A DNA stretch of 63,646 bases, filler included, from Reticulomyxa filosa (Eukaryota; Protista; Foraminifera): NCBI GenBank assembly GCA_000512085.1. It is 18 parts of 18 records of this genome, joined end to end, with 100 filler letters (N's around TTAATTAATTAA, not from the genome) between each part and the next. Parts side by side here need not be neighbours in the genome. Positions count along the whole stretch, not along the records: positions 24,173 to 27,886 come from ASPP01009160.1; positions 27,987 to 29,147 come from ASPP01000875.1; positions 29,248 to 33,638 come from ASPP01000873.1; positions 33,739 to 35,428 come from ASPP01012660.1; positions 35,529 to 37,388 come from ASPP01016514.1; positions 37,489 to 41,687 come from ASPP01008760.1; 12 more parts are not named here. The stretch is one strand, 5' to 3'. The first letter of the stretch is position 1, and each line of letters starts with the position of its first letter. Positions 24,784 to 39,598 of this stretch are shown piece by piece. The notes under the pieces are model-generated. The model made no database searches and had not been told where the DNA came from. It was given only the letters and a program-made list of their open reading frames with translations. The position numbers were made by a program, and so were the translations under genes.

Positions 24784-25408
24784 CTGCACTTCCAACGTCG
24801 ATCTTCTGTCCCATTTTTATTCTTGTCTTAAATCGTGCAACAAATCTCTTCCCCTCTCCCCTCTTTTTTTTTTACATAAAATGTTTTACTGTGCTTTCAT
24901 ACCCTGAAGTTGGGTTGTCGCTTTTTATCACGTAGCTTTTGCTCTCTATTTAAAAAAAAAGAAGGCAGTTGTGGTAATTCCCAACGCTCAACATGAATGG
25001 AGGAAAAAGCATGTTCGTCTTCTTATACCTTATATGAACTTATTTGGGGAATTTGTAACATTAAGCGATGTTGTTGACATGGTTCCGAAATATTGTTTTG
25101 AAAGGATTTTCAAAATATTTTGGCTGAGCCCGCCAGAGTGTCGAAAAAATGGAACGTTATTTTCTGTGTTGCGTCACAAGCGTGACTTGATACTTGAGGG
25201 AAAAAAAAGATAATTTGACTAGCTTTGCAAGTTTTGCACTTCAATGAAGATTTGACTTGAGAAGAATGTGGCAGTAGAGGTCTTTTGTAATTCACACATC
25301 CAAATTTCGTTTTATTTCAAAAAAAAAAATTTCCTCAGATAAAAAAATGTATTTTTGCACAATTACACTAACACAACAACAAATGCTTTAAAAATTTTAT
25401 TTTGTCCT

Positions 25409-27860
25409 CTAAAATTGTTCGTCCCAGCCTGTACCATCGTCCTCATAGTCATCGTCTTCATCATCAAGCTTTTAGTGTGTAATGTGTACGAATGAATATT
25501 GTTTGCCTTTTCTTTAATCTGTAAAAAAAAAAAGTAACTTCAGAATAAATTCCGACTTCAAAGTTGCTTCTATCTTCATCGCCAGTAATTTTTGGAATGA
25601 TAGGCGCAGGAATGTTACCGTCGAACAAAGCATCCCAGTCAAAGGTGTCGAACCACGATTGCTTATGGATTTTGGTGGCTCCGCCGTGAATAATGCCCAG
25701 TCTTTTGGTTGGCTTGGCTACTAAAAACCCCCGTACAATTTCAATAGCACCAGCGGAGAAATGGTTGGGATATTTCACCTTACCCAACATAATTTTGGCG
25801 TACGTTTTCATGGGGTCGTCGTCAACAAATGGAGGATAACTGGCGAGCATTTCAAAGATCAATACGCCCAAGGTCCACCAATCCACCCCTTTTCCGTGTC
25901 CAACGCCGTTGATAATTTCAGGAGCCAAATAGTCCGGGGTCCCTTTTTTTTTTTTAAAAAGTTCAAGCATAAAGTATAGTAAGATTGAACTTTGTAACAA
26001 AAAAGAAATGTATAATATAAGTAAATAAATACATATACATGTATATGTATATGTATATGTATATAAGAATACCACACAAAGTGTAAGTTCGATCCCAATC
26101 TTTGACCATTTTGGCAAAGCCAAAATCGGCAATCTTCAAATACCCTTTATCGTTGAGTAAGAGATTTTCAGGTTTTAAATCACGATAGATAATGTCTTTG
26201 CTGTGCATGTAATCGAAAGCACTAACCACGCTGGCCGCGTAAAACCTGGCCGTGTCCTCGTCAAAAACGGTGCGTGCACGCAAAACGGTAAATAATTCAC
26301 CACCCAAGACAACCTCTAACAAGAAGTACAGATACTTTTTGTCTTTGTAAGTTTGGTAGAGTTTGACAACAAATTGCGAGTCCAAAATCATTTGGACATT
26401 CTTTTCGTTGATGATATGTTCTTGTTGTCCCGTTTCCACAATTTGCTGTTTACTTACTTGTTTCAAGGCATACGTTTTGCCACTCTTTTTGTGTTTGACC
26501 AACTCCACACTCCCAAATGACCCTTTTCCTAATATCCCAACGGTAATGAGCTCTTGCTTTGGAATATGCAAGCGAAACTTGACACTGACATTGGTGTTGG
26601 GATTGGCATTGGCGTTGTTCGGAGATTGCATTGCATCATCACCTCCGGACTCGTCCAGATTGTTGTTCTTATTTTGTTTTTTTGGCTTGTCATTGTCATT
26701 GTTATTGTTATCATTATTTTTATTATTGTTGTTATTGCTATTCATAGCAGCAGCGGCAGCGCTGGCAATAGCATTACTATTGAGAGCATTGGCCGTTGCA
26801 ATCGCAGTGCCGGAGTAGTGGTATTGTTTGTGTCGATCTTGGAACGGGCTGATACTCCATCATACTCTTCATCGATCTTGCGTCTCATCAATTCGGCCAA
26901 AGGCCCCAACAGCAATGCAAAGGCTTCTCTGTCCAGACATAAACAGGTCATTTCGTTATCAATGACTTTGACTGTCGCAGATCGCACATCATTTTTAATC
27001 AGCGCACGTCGCCAAAGAAGTCGCCACGTGTGAGACGCTTTATCTCTTTGACCACTTGCTTTTTCTTCTCCACGCCGTCCGGCCCAGTCACCACGGTTGT
27101 CGTCCCTTTGTATACAACCGCATTTCCTTTTCGAATGATGTAGAACGTGTCTCCAATGTCGCCTTGGCGGATAATCACATCTCCTTTTTGGTACTTCACC
27201 TCGTCCAACGCTTCCGCCACCGCCCGACGTTCGTTCGACAATAGCGAATCCAACAATGGCACTTCTCGTAAGAAGCGCTCGTACTCGGCTAATTTCTCAT
27301 CGCTCACGCGGATCAGTATTTTCCGGAACATGTACCTCTCCACTGCCCATACCTTACAATCTGTGCGAGCCTATCTTACGCAATTTATTATTAATATTTT
27401 TATTTATTTATTTGTTTGTTTTAAAGAAAGTAAATATATACATATATAGTTTATATATGTATTTATATAATTAAATAGAATAATAAACTCGGACGGTGGC
27501 CGATCTCGGTGAATTGTACATGAGCGCGAGTTCTCCGAAAGACTCTTGTGCTGTTCTGGTTGCGACAAGTTTTTCAACACCGTTTTTGGCCACATAGACG
27601 TCAAATATCCCCGACTCCACGACGTAAAAGTTATCTCCGGGCTCGCCTTGCGTGATCAATTGATAACCCTTTTTGACGTCCAACTCCCACATCACCTCGA
27701 CGATGCGCGCAATCTGATCTTCGTCCAACGCGGCAAATAGCACATTGTTCTCCACTGCCGCTGCGATCAGCTCTTTCGTGGCGTCGGATTTGTCTGTGTT
27801 TACATGGCTGGGTCTTCCCTGATGGAACCGTTGTTTCGGGGTCGTATCTTCTGCACTTAT
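25409..27860 (-). CDS. PKG: cGMP-dependent protein kinase-like (at least two cNMP-binding domains plus an AGC kinase), 5'-truncated
   Basis: FGELALMYNSPRSATV and FGE(R)ALIKNDVRSATV cassettes; GKGSFG, YALK, YRDLKPEN, DFG, TLCGTPDYLAPE; C-terminal ...GWDEQF*. Homopolymer frameshifts present. Confidence 0.92.
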
Positions 27861-28179
27861 TGCCTTTTGTTGTTATTGTTATTGTTNNNNNNNNNNNNNN
27901 NNNNNNNNNNNNNNNNNNNNNNNNNNNNNNTTAATTAATTAANNNNNNNNNNNNNNNNNNNNNNNNNNNNNNNNNNNNNNNNNNNNTTGCAAATAAAAAC
28001 GTTGTCAAATGGTGAAAAAGGTTAAAAACCACAATACTAACAATATCACAGTAAAAAAAAATTTCGGATTTTGACTTGAGGATTCTTGTTTTGTTGAAAC
28101 GACTTGACTTTTCGACGATTTTGAGATATCGATATGTTTACTTGAAGTGATCTCGAGATAATCTTGACGATTTTCACGA

Positions 28180-28887
28180 TGACAAATAATCCCAAATATT
28201 TCACATAATCTGCTTCTTCAATATTGCTCCCATTTAGCTTTAATTCATCTTTGGATATTTCCTTTTGTCCTTCATCTTGAACGTGATCGATTGTGTCTTA
28301 TCTGGGGCCAATAACATTTTCCATTTTGATGCCCATAATGACATGTTATCCAAACTTGTTTGCATTAATTTCAATTGTTGCTCCATTTCCTTTTCATCAC
28401 TAGTGTAAATAGATGTCCACAGCGCAACATCCCACTGAATTGGATCTTGAACTGAATGAACAATATCGTTGATATACAATAGGAACAACAGTGGGTCCTT
28501 GTGGCACACCAACTTCAAATTTTCTTTCATTGGAACTGATTCCATTCAATACAACTTGTCCAATTCGATCTTTGAGGAAACTATCCAATCTTTCAATCCA
28601 AATTCTTTTCTCATCTTGTTTCTTAATCCGTCATATGCTGAAGAGATATCCAATAGTACTGCATATGATACTACACTATTATTAAACGACGAATAAATGG
28701 ATTCAGTCATTCGTAATAACAACTCAGATGTATTGTTGGTATTGTGTAATAATCGATTTTCATTCAGATACCACATTAACCTCATTGTTATTATTCTTTC
28801 CAATAGCTTTCCAACTCCAGATAGCAATGAAATTGGTTGTATTTCTTGCAGATGCTATGATCTCGATCTGGTTTTGGAATTGGTAAT
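28180..28887 (-). mobile_element. Decayed non-LTR retrotransposon (LINE) reverse-transcriptase fragment
   Basis: PIPKPDRD, PISLLSGVGKLLERII, LLDISSAYD, WIDSFLKDRIGQV, GVPQG, PLLFLLYINDI, WKMLLAPDKTQ, YVKYLG. Frameshifted, and the catalytic (F/Y)ADD motif is missing. Confidence 0.92.
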
Positions 28888-29724
28888 CAATAAATAGAAT
28901 TGTGGAGCGTCAACGTAGACTTTGGTCAGACCGATTGACACCACACAGCCTCCAAGTTCCCTAAGAACACAGTAGCTCACAATTCCAAGAGAAGGAAATA
29001 CAGCGCGGAATTCGCTCCAACTGGCTGTATTCTCACAAACTTCAAAATGTGCTAAATGAAAGTTGTTAAATGAACATTCAATTCAAAACAAACCAATGAA
29101 ATAAAAAAAACAATCAAATTGCAATATCAATTGATACTATTTAGTCANNNNNNNNNNNNNNNNNNNNNNNNNNNNNNNNNNNNNNNNNNNNTTAATTAAT
29201 TAANNNNNNNNNNNNNNNNNNNNNNNNNNNNNNNNNNNNNNNNNNNNGTAAGATTGTCAATAATTATTTTTAATCGAAAATCCTTAAAGAAACAAAATAT
29301 AATATTCAGAAGCAAAGAGAAAAAATGAAAGTGGTCATAGCTTCCTCAGGAATGTGTGCTATTTGTCACTTCTCTTTGACATATCAAAATAGAAAATATG
29401 TTTTCAATCAATGTAAAATTTTAATGTAATATATCTTTCAATATATTGTTTAAAATACAGTAACATTCTTTAATGAACATAAAGTGCATTTAAATAAATA
29501 CCATGTACCAAAAATAAACACATGCATAACACATTTTAAAATTTTTTTTGTTCAAGTAATAATTTATTTATTGCAAGAGAAGTTTTGCCATTAATAATTT
29601 AAAGTAATATTTGAAATACAAAATTTGAATGTTATGCAAAACCCTTTTCATTCCATTTGGTTATGCATTGTGATAATAGATTAATATTTGCAAAGTTAAC
29701 TATTTAGAATATCCATAAATGTAA

Positions 29725-30996
<1,272 letters not shown>

Positions 30997-31699
30997 AAAT
31001 AACGTTTTATTATGGTCAGTTGATTTAACATTTTTTATTGATGTTTATTGAAGAACATGTTTATTTCTAGAAATGCTATTCCTCAAAATCCTTTTAGTTT
31101 TCGTTTCTCTGATTAAACTTTCAGTAACAACTTCTGTATACAACTTACCACTTTTGCATCAATAACACTGAAGAAAAATATTATCCTAAACTTTTTAAAT
31201 ATATGATGCTTAATCAAGCTGAAAAAAAGTATGAAAAAATAGAGTTATTGGATCAACAAAAAAATGTTTGAAAAGTTACAAAAAATTGTAATTTTTATAT
31301 GATTTTTTAAAATTTCAAGAAAAAAGATAGCAATTGACATAACACTGTTCTTATTTTTTTGAGACAGTATGTTAAAAAAAATGATCTGCTTGATTGCATG
31401 GTTCTTGAGATAATGCCCAAATATTTACGATTGTTTATGAAAAAAATTTTGAAGATATTATTTCCAAGAAATAGATTGTCACGGTTTTCATCAAAAAGGG
31501 AAATGTTCACCGACACATTATTGCAGAAAAATGAATATCTCAAAGGTCATATTCAATATTGTTTTGAGGAAAAACGTATCTTTCATTGATTTTTGAACGA
31601 TGAATATAATCATAAAATTTGATCCCAGCAAAATGTAAATCTTAATAATTTAAAATTTTATAATAATCTCAGTTGATTTGAATGACAAGACATGGGATA

Positions 31700-33583
31700 T
31701 CAATTATTACTTGTAGTGCTTGTTTGTCTTTTGTAAAAAAGGATGTAGGCCGAGCTCAAAGGTAGATTACTAGAATCTAATTGTACCTCCTGTACAGAAG
31801 CATCATCACACATATACCATTTTTTGTTTTCTATGCATTTTGCGTATGCCATATTATGGTTATGCTGTCCGAATACACAATCTATTGCATATAAATTGTA
31901 TATTGCACGTTTCTTGTGATCTCACTTAGTACATACGAGGACAAATCCAATTTCTCCAGAGGAAATTGGATAGATCTGGAATTATTTTTTAAGAAATTGA
32001 AGGGAAGTGGATATCGCTTCAAGCAGATAATTAAAATATCAGGTAAGGACCACAAGCCCAACTTACGCTCCGCGCAACTATAAGCATTTATTCAAAGACC
32101 CATCTCCTGCTAAATACTTTTTCAGTATTATTTTTTTTAATCTTCAAATATGTTTGGATATGCGTGCAACTTACAAAAAATCTTGACATTTTGAGCAATA
32201 CCAAGCATCACTCTCGGGCAGCTTTTTTTTTTCTGTCCATAAATCTAAACAATCAAATAAAGTGATCGTGTTTATTTCTTCCAGCGATTGATTTGTTTTG
32301 CTATCTTTTTCTTCCTCTTGCTTTTTTTTTTTTTTTTTTGCACATGCAAGGACGGAGAAGATACATATCATTGTACTTTAAAGCTCAGACGTCGTCAATA
32401 ACAACAATAAAAAAAAAGGTATAAAGTCTAAGCTGATTTTTTGATTTTTTACTTTCGACGAGTTGCTTTTTTTTATCGGAAACAACTGCGGAAATATTTG
32501 TAAACGCATAAGGTAAAGATACATCCGCAGCGATGTACACTCGAAGTTCATTGAAACGCTGTACGTTTTGCCACGTACTTGGGAACAACGCCTCATGTAA
32601 CGACAGGTCTTCTTTTTCAATGGCATTAATCTTCGCTTCTTTTTGTAGAAACAGAGGAAGCGGGGTGATTTCTTTTCGCAGCATCCCATTACCCCAAAAA
32701 ATTTTGAAGGGCAACGATTCATAAATTTGTCGGCTCGCCTCGATTTTTTCTGGATTTTCGCAGTCACTAAGCATTGATGACACCAGCTCACAGTATTTCC
32801 CATCAAATCGTATTTTGATAGCCTGCCAGATGCGGCGATAGATATGGAACTGTAGTATATTAAATTGTCATAACGTATATTACGTATACAATATGTATGT
32901 GTTACGTAGTTATTTCTGTACATATCTCCTTGCTTCCCTTCCCCTCCCCTCCCCTCCCTCCTCTCGAATATCTTTCTCAAAATTTGGGCACTGATTCAAG
33001 AGACATAACATAGCAGTGACCAATGGGAGACTTTTGCAGCACGACGAGAAGTGGTAACAAACATGCCACATCTCCGACAAAGTTAGGATTCTGCTTTTCA
33101 CTGAGAAAAATGAGGTCCCAAATTTGTGCCGTTGGTGATACGTTGTTTTCAAAAAAATGAGTCATTTCATCCGGGACTGGAGTACACACACAATAGACAA
33201 CTAAATTATCTTTGGTTTGAATTCTGTGCAAAGGGGTATCCTCTGAGAGAACATGGAAAATATGATCTCTCCAAATATCTGTAATCCAAAGATCGGTCGG
33301 ACACAAATTATGTTCCACTGCAATTTGGTCACGTAAATCTTTCACTGTTGTCTTACCTTCTAGCTGAATACGTATACACAAGCAACATGCAAATATATAC
33401 TTACAACAACAACAACAAAATACGTAGATGCGAACTGTAATGGAATGAACGGTTGGGTTGTCACTATTTTCCAAAAGTAACGTATACACAAACACGTAGG
33501 ATTGCCGTTCCGAAAGAGGCAATTCCAGAAAATTACAGGGATCAAAGGTTACCGACAACCGTTCACAACTAGGACAGACCACC
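31700..33583 (-). CDS. Ubiquitin-specific protease (USP4/11/15-like), C-terminal part, divergent
   Basis: VCPSCERLSVTFDPCNFLELPL, TLFDCLDLWT..AWYCSKC, LWSLPDILIICLKRY, FPLEKLDLS, YNLYAI..H..AYAK, WYMCDDASV, SAYILFYKR. Confidence 0.85.
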
Positions 33584-33819
33584 TGTGTATTTGTTGTAGA
33601 ACAATGACTTCCTTATCTCCTTTTTTTTTTTTTTTTTTNNNNNNNNNNNNNNNNNNNNNNNNNNNNNNNNNNNNNNNNNNNNTTAATTAATTAANNNNNN
33701 NNNNNNNNNNNNNNNNNNNNNNNNNNNNNNNNNNNNNNTTTTTTTTTTTTTTTTTTTAAAAAAAATTAATAAATAAATTTTTTTGAAAGAATGGATTGAA
33801 TAAATGAATGAATAAAAAA

Positions 33820-34180
33820 CTTCTCTTTCTCGAAATAAAAGAGTCTTTGGATCCAACGACTCTTGGTCGCTGGGTCGGGGATTGAAAGCGTTTTTGTTGG
33901 TCATGGTCGCCAAAGAGACGATATTCGCAAAAGGGGAGGTTCCCTCTATCCCTTGATCAGGAACTGATAAAGAAGATGAAAGAGTGTTTTGTGCTGTGCT
34001 GGTCGCTTTCGTGTTCACCATAGTTTGAAAATGCCCGGCAAAAGCATTCTTCGCTCGCCGTCTATGTCTATGTGATAGACTAAGATCAAATGTAAATTTA
34101 TCTTGCTCTAAGTCATTATCGATATTTTCCTCTGCTCTTTCATTTGTAAAAGTATCCGCTTGGCTTTCAGAATTAGACAT
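33820..34180 (-). CDS. Hypothetical protein, first exon
   Basis: ATG-initiated, higher-GC ORF ending at a GT donor before the contig end; divergent from the Ras gene. Confidence 0.5.
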
Positions 34181-34543
34181 TGAAAAGGATTATTGCCCTA
34201 AAAAAAAAACTCCAAGAATAAATTAAAAACTGTTTGGTAGAAAAAAAACAAATAAACAAGTCCATAAATTAAAAAATACAGAGAAATACTGTTATTGTGA
34301 TTGTTTTTTAACGTACACACTCTTTTCCTAAACAATAATAATACGTTTGATTCACTCAAACAAGTCAATAGCAAGAAAGCTATGCACTGATTAACAGTAA
34401 ACGTCCTGACAAAATTTGTCAAATCTTTTATTGATTTTATGGCAAATCGTCAAGCGGGTTCTAAAAAGAGAGTGGCTAACCTGTGAAGAATTAGAGCTAC
34501 ACATTTAAAAATTCGATTTATCCGTTTTTCAATAAAATAGGAG

Positions 34544-35185
34544 ATGTCTGACAAATCCGCTTGTCGTATAGTTGTTCTAGGTAAGCCACTAGTCCACCGT
34601 TTTCTCTAACTGAGTTCTCTTTTTTTTTGTTCTGGGTACCGATTTATTTTTTGTTACGAAAAACACAGGAGCAGGAGCAGTGGGAAAATCTGCATTGGCA
34701 ATGCGTCTAACAAAGGACAAATTCTTAGGAGAATATGACCCAACGATTGAAGACAACTACAAAAAAAAAACTGAAGTTGATGGCAAACCTGCATTGCTAG
34801 ACATATTGGATACAGCAGTTTTGTATTGGTTTACGTATTTTTCTGTTTACACATCAGGTTTGCAAATTTTTCACCCAATCAAAAAAAATAAAAATAAATG
34901 AGACTTTTTATAATTGTACATTGCAATTTTTCAGCAATTTTTTTGTTGTTGGGACAAACATTAAGTTTTGCATGGGCACTTTGATGAACCTTTTTTTTTT
35001 TTTTTTTTTGCTGTTTTTAATGACCAGGGACAAGAAGACTTTGTGACAATGAAAAGTGAGTGGTTTCGCGAGGGGGAAGGTTTCATTATTGTGTACTCGA
35101 TCACTAGTGAAGACTCATTGCTTCAGGACGCAGCGAAATATCACGACGAAATATTGAGTGAAAAGGGGACATCCAAAGTACCAAT
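34544..35185 (+). CDS. Ras-subfamily small GTPase, 3'-truncated
   Basis: RIVVLG|AGAVGKSAL, effector loop [16 protein letters not shown]|[16 protein letters not shown] across three exons. Confidence 0.93.
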
Positions 35186-35972
35186 GTATTGTTTTTTTTT
35201 TTTTTACGTATTGCATTGTTGGTCAACAACGCCAAAACTATCAAAAGAAAGAAAAGAGGATAGGGCACGAAGGAAGGAAAGATAGACGTAAAAAAAAAAA
35301 AAAAAAAAAATACTTACCTGCCCCCCCCCCCCCCTTCCTTTTTCCTCCTCACTGTGACAATCTTTGACGAGAGAAAAAATAAAAAAAAAAGGAAAAAAGA
35401 TCCTACATTAGGCTTTGTTTGGTGATGTNNNNNNNNNNNNNNNNNNNNNNNNNNNNNNNNNNNNNNNNNNNNTTAATTAATTAANNNNNNNNNNNNNNNN
35501 NNNNNNNNNNNNNNNNNNNNNNNNNNNNAGACATAATAGGTGATAAAGATTTAAATCAATGTGATAAATGATATATCAAATGGAAATTAGCCACAATATA
35601 AATTTAGGGATTTAAAGAATGTGATAACAGAGATCACTAGTTAGAATATATGTATATGTAGTGACAAAAGATCATGAAACACGAAAATGACGACAATCAA
35701 TTTTATGTTTGAAAATTAACATTTTTCAATATTTGTGCATTTTCAAATGTTTTTCATTTTTTCTACAATTTAGTAACAAAATAAAACCAAAAAGACAATG
35801 TGCACTCGCCAACATACATAAAAAACGCAAAATAAAATCATTTCCACATTATCATGATAAATGCACATTTTTGGAGATCATAATCAAACTAACAACAAAT
35901 TTTTTGAAAAAAAAGAATTCCACACACGAATATAACCAGTTAAAAAACCGTACAACATATTAAAACGCATTT

Positions 35973-37050
35973 CTAGCCCTCACTTTTGTTTTTAAAAAGT
36001 GGAAATTTAAGACACGTAATTCCACGATCTTGATGGTCTCCCTCAATTATATATAATGGTTTCTTATTTGATCGAAGATCCCAAAAACGAATTGTATTAT
36101 CCAATGATGCAGTACAAATTACATTTGAATCAATATCAATTTCACTACTATCTATTCTAAATGGTGGATGGTCGACACTTGTCACACAATCTTCATGCCC
36201 ATCAAATGTTTGAATTTGTTTACTACATCGAATATCCCACAAACGAACAGTTTTATCTGCTGATCCAGATGATATTGTATTTGCACCACCAATAATTCAT
36301 GATTAGTCTGATCCATATTTTATACTTTTTACTTTATGTTCATGTTTGAATGTAGTTGTTTCTTTAGCTGTTTCAATATCCCATATACGGAGGGTTTTAT
36401 CATGCGACCCAGAACAAATTGTATATCCATTACCACCAATCATACTAATATTATTACTCTTATCAATGTTGTTATTGCTTTGCAAATATGAAAAGCATAC
36501 ACAACCGACAGGTCCTTCATGTCATTTAGAAGTATGCATTAGTCGGGATGTTTCGACATCCCATAAACGAGTAGTCTTATTAGCAGATCCCGAAAACAAA
36601 AATTTGCCATTATTAAATGATGAAAATTCAATCGTATTAACATGACATGTGTATCCATCAAATGTTTGAAATCGTTGCATGCGTACCACGTCCAAAAGAT
36701 GAATAAAATTCCATTTTCTGTATAGGCAATGACTTTACGATCCTCATAATAATGATATGGTGAAATTTTCACGTCAATACCCTTCTCTATTTTTTTCTGA
36801 TCCGTGGACCAGATTTTTTTTTTTTGGAATAATTGAGCTTGTCCATTGTCCTGTTCATGCAATATAGATATTTGCCCATCAATTGATGCAAAACAAGTGA
36901 ATGCACAACTTCCAGATGAACAATCAATACCAATCACAATATTTTTGTGTTTATCGAGTGTTACGTATTTTTTAGACTCCAAAAAGGTACAGATCGTGTG
37001 CTGGAACGCCTGTATTAAATAGTGACTTATGAATAAACGTTTAGCCATTT
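35973..37050 (-). pseudogene. WD40-repeat pseudogene
   Basis: GGNGYTICSGSHDKTLRIWDIET, ISSGSADKTVRLWDIR, ICTASLDNTIRFWDLR, interrupted by stops and frameshifts. Confidence 0.8.
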
Positions 37051-37488
37051 TGATATGCAGCCAAACGAAAAAACAATAAGCAAAACAACACACAACAAAA
37101 CAAAAATACATAACAACTTCGGTAATAATGTGACTAATGTCAGTGTGAAAATCATTAAACCCGAATTCTTGTTGAGCACAATTGTAGATAGTATTTGACA
37201 TGTGACCTGCTAGCTGATTTGATCATAAATTACAACAAATAAATACAATACAAATTCAAAGAAACTAGATTTCTGAAAGATTGAAATAAAGGTTACATTT
37301 AATTATATTTCTGATTCTGGTACTGGTTGTTCGGCTCGCGATTTTGGCATTGATTCACCATCATATTTGTTTTCTTTCTCTTTCTCTANNNNNNNNNNNN
37401 NNNNNNNNNNNNNNNNNNNNNNNNNNNNNNNNTTAATTAATTAANNNNNNNNNNNNNNNNNNNNNNNNNNNNNNNNNNNNNNNNNNNN

Positions 37489-38865
37489 TTGTTGTTGTTG
37501 TTGTTGTTGTTGTTGTTGCTATTGTTGTTGCCACCATGGGTATTGCCAATCCCGGCACTGCTTGCCATCTCCATTCTTACACCGCTATGTACACGTGTAT
37601 CTATTTTGTCTTCTCTCATTGAAACGCTGCTGTCATTCAAATTGTTCATCATCAAATACGCATGGCGATCATATTCTTTGTCTCGTTGCAAATCATATGT
37701 CCTGTACGTTTCTTTATTATTATCATTAAACAAAGAGAGAGAGAGAGCATAGTGATTGTTGTGCGATATTCCGAAGTGGGGACAGAAAAAGGAAGAAAGA
37801 ATGGAGAAAAGCAAAACACAAATACACCAAAACAAAATAAAATACCAAAGTCTGTATTTCTGTTAAAATCTTGTGAGTCTATCCCAAATCGATATTGATC
37901 GCTTCTATCTCGATCTCTGTCTCTATCTCGATCTCGATCTCTATCTCTGTCTCTATCCCTTTCTCGGTCTCTATCTCTATCCCTGTCCTTGTCCCTCCCT
38001 TCCCATGGCTTTTGTTTTGTTTCCATCTTGCGACTATAATAGTCGTGTGTAACAGCGGCGTTCGAGCCGGCGTCGTTGAGGTTTGTGGTAGTGCTTGTAG
38101 CTGCATTTGCAGTGGCAGAAGAGGTGAAGTTGGAGTTGAAGCCTGGCGTGACGAAGCCCGACGACGCAATTTTTTTAACATGCGTCGGAACGGGGATATC
38201 CGGCCCTTCGCCATCGACTCGTTTGTAAACATACACATGTCCACCACTGTTGTTATTCCCTCGGATTTTGTAGTGCTCCCTTCGGCGATGCTGGCTTTCT
38301 GTCGTTGGTGACTGTGCTTGCGACCGTGGATAGCCAAATCGAGATGGTTTTCGCTCATTCGAAAATCGAGAAAATTGGCTCGATGAACTTACGTCATTCA
38401 ATATAGCTGCCTGGGAGGAACAAATACAAAACAAATTTTTTTTTTTTTTTTTTTTTAAGCGGAACTGAACGCTATGGACTTTTTTTTTTTTTTTTTTGAT
38501 CTCTCTTTTGTTTGCTAGGCTTTGTTTTGCTTTCACATTATTACATGGCCGTGATGCTGGGAAATTTCTGGCTGTGTTGGTGTTGGAGTTGATGCCGTGG
38601 TTTGAGAATGCGTTAATGTATGCGCTTGCGCTACTTGGGATTGCGTTTGTAACAATGGCCCTTCGAATGTCGACTGATTATGTGAATTCGGCTGAAAAGA
38701 ATGGTCCGAGTAATTGTACTCGGGAGGTGTGCGCTGCTCTGCTGACGACAACGTCCCTTGCAAATGTCCACTCAGGTCAGCTGCTCCATCATCAAACCGT
38801 CCACTTGGACGATATCCACGGTAAGAATCGCGAGATTTACCTCGAGGTGGACGGCGAAATGACAT
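37489..38865 (-). CDS. Low-complexity protein with an Arg-Asp dipeptide repeat (multi-exon, 3'-truncated)
   Basis: MSFRRPPRGKSRDSYRGYRPSG..., (RD)n at about 37900-37995, poly-Asn at the contig end. Confidence 0.55.
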
Positions 38866-39598
38866 ACCTTTTCAAAATTAAACAATAACCCGTAAAAAAC
38901 AATTTCTGGCCTTGTGTCTTTTTGTCAGCCTTATCTCTTTCTACTCTAATTCTTCATTTGTTTGCCATTTTTGTTACTTTGTATGTCTTGTTATGTTTGC
39001 TACTTTTTTTTATTGTGTTTGAAAAATCAAAACATTTCATCTTTTAATGAGCTTGAAAAGAACATTTGTAAGGTCTAAAAAAGATATTGACTCAAATACT
39101 GTGTACAAATTTTTGTTAAAATACAAAATAAATCCATAAAATCAAATGATTAAAACTTTTTAAAATAAAGTAAATAACTCTCAATATGCTTATAGATTGT
39201 GCAATAGTACGAAAATATAATTTAAGAATTGAGATTTCCAACCAATTCGCTCTTCACCATTTTTAAAAGCAAACACATTGATTGAGCACATTCGATGTGC
39301 GTGTACTCAGAAAAGTAATATTGAACGAAAAATAAATGAGATCACTAGGGATCAAAAGATAATATTTTATTTGTGACTTGATAAACACAATCAATGAAAG
39401 TAAAAAGTGTATAGCTCTAATATGGCGGTGAAAAATGAGAAATACTTAAAAAAAAGTTCAGAACAAGAATGTTTCGAGTATGCAAACCTCTTTATTCAAT
39501 GTCTCGCAATAACAGAAAATTGCTTTTTATTCATCAACAATTATTTTTTTATCGTGCTGATTAATAGTAAAAGTAAACTCGAAACAATCAACGCACTC

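Noticed and set aside
34669-34692. Ras P-loop GAGAVGKS as an activated variant
   Set aside because: Ala at position 13 occurs naturally in divergent Ras-family members, and G12 and Q61 are intact.
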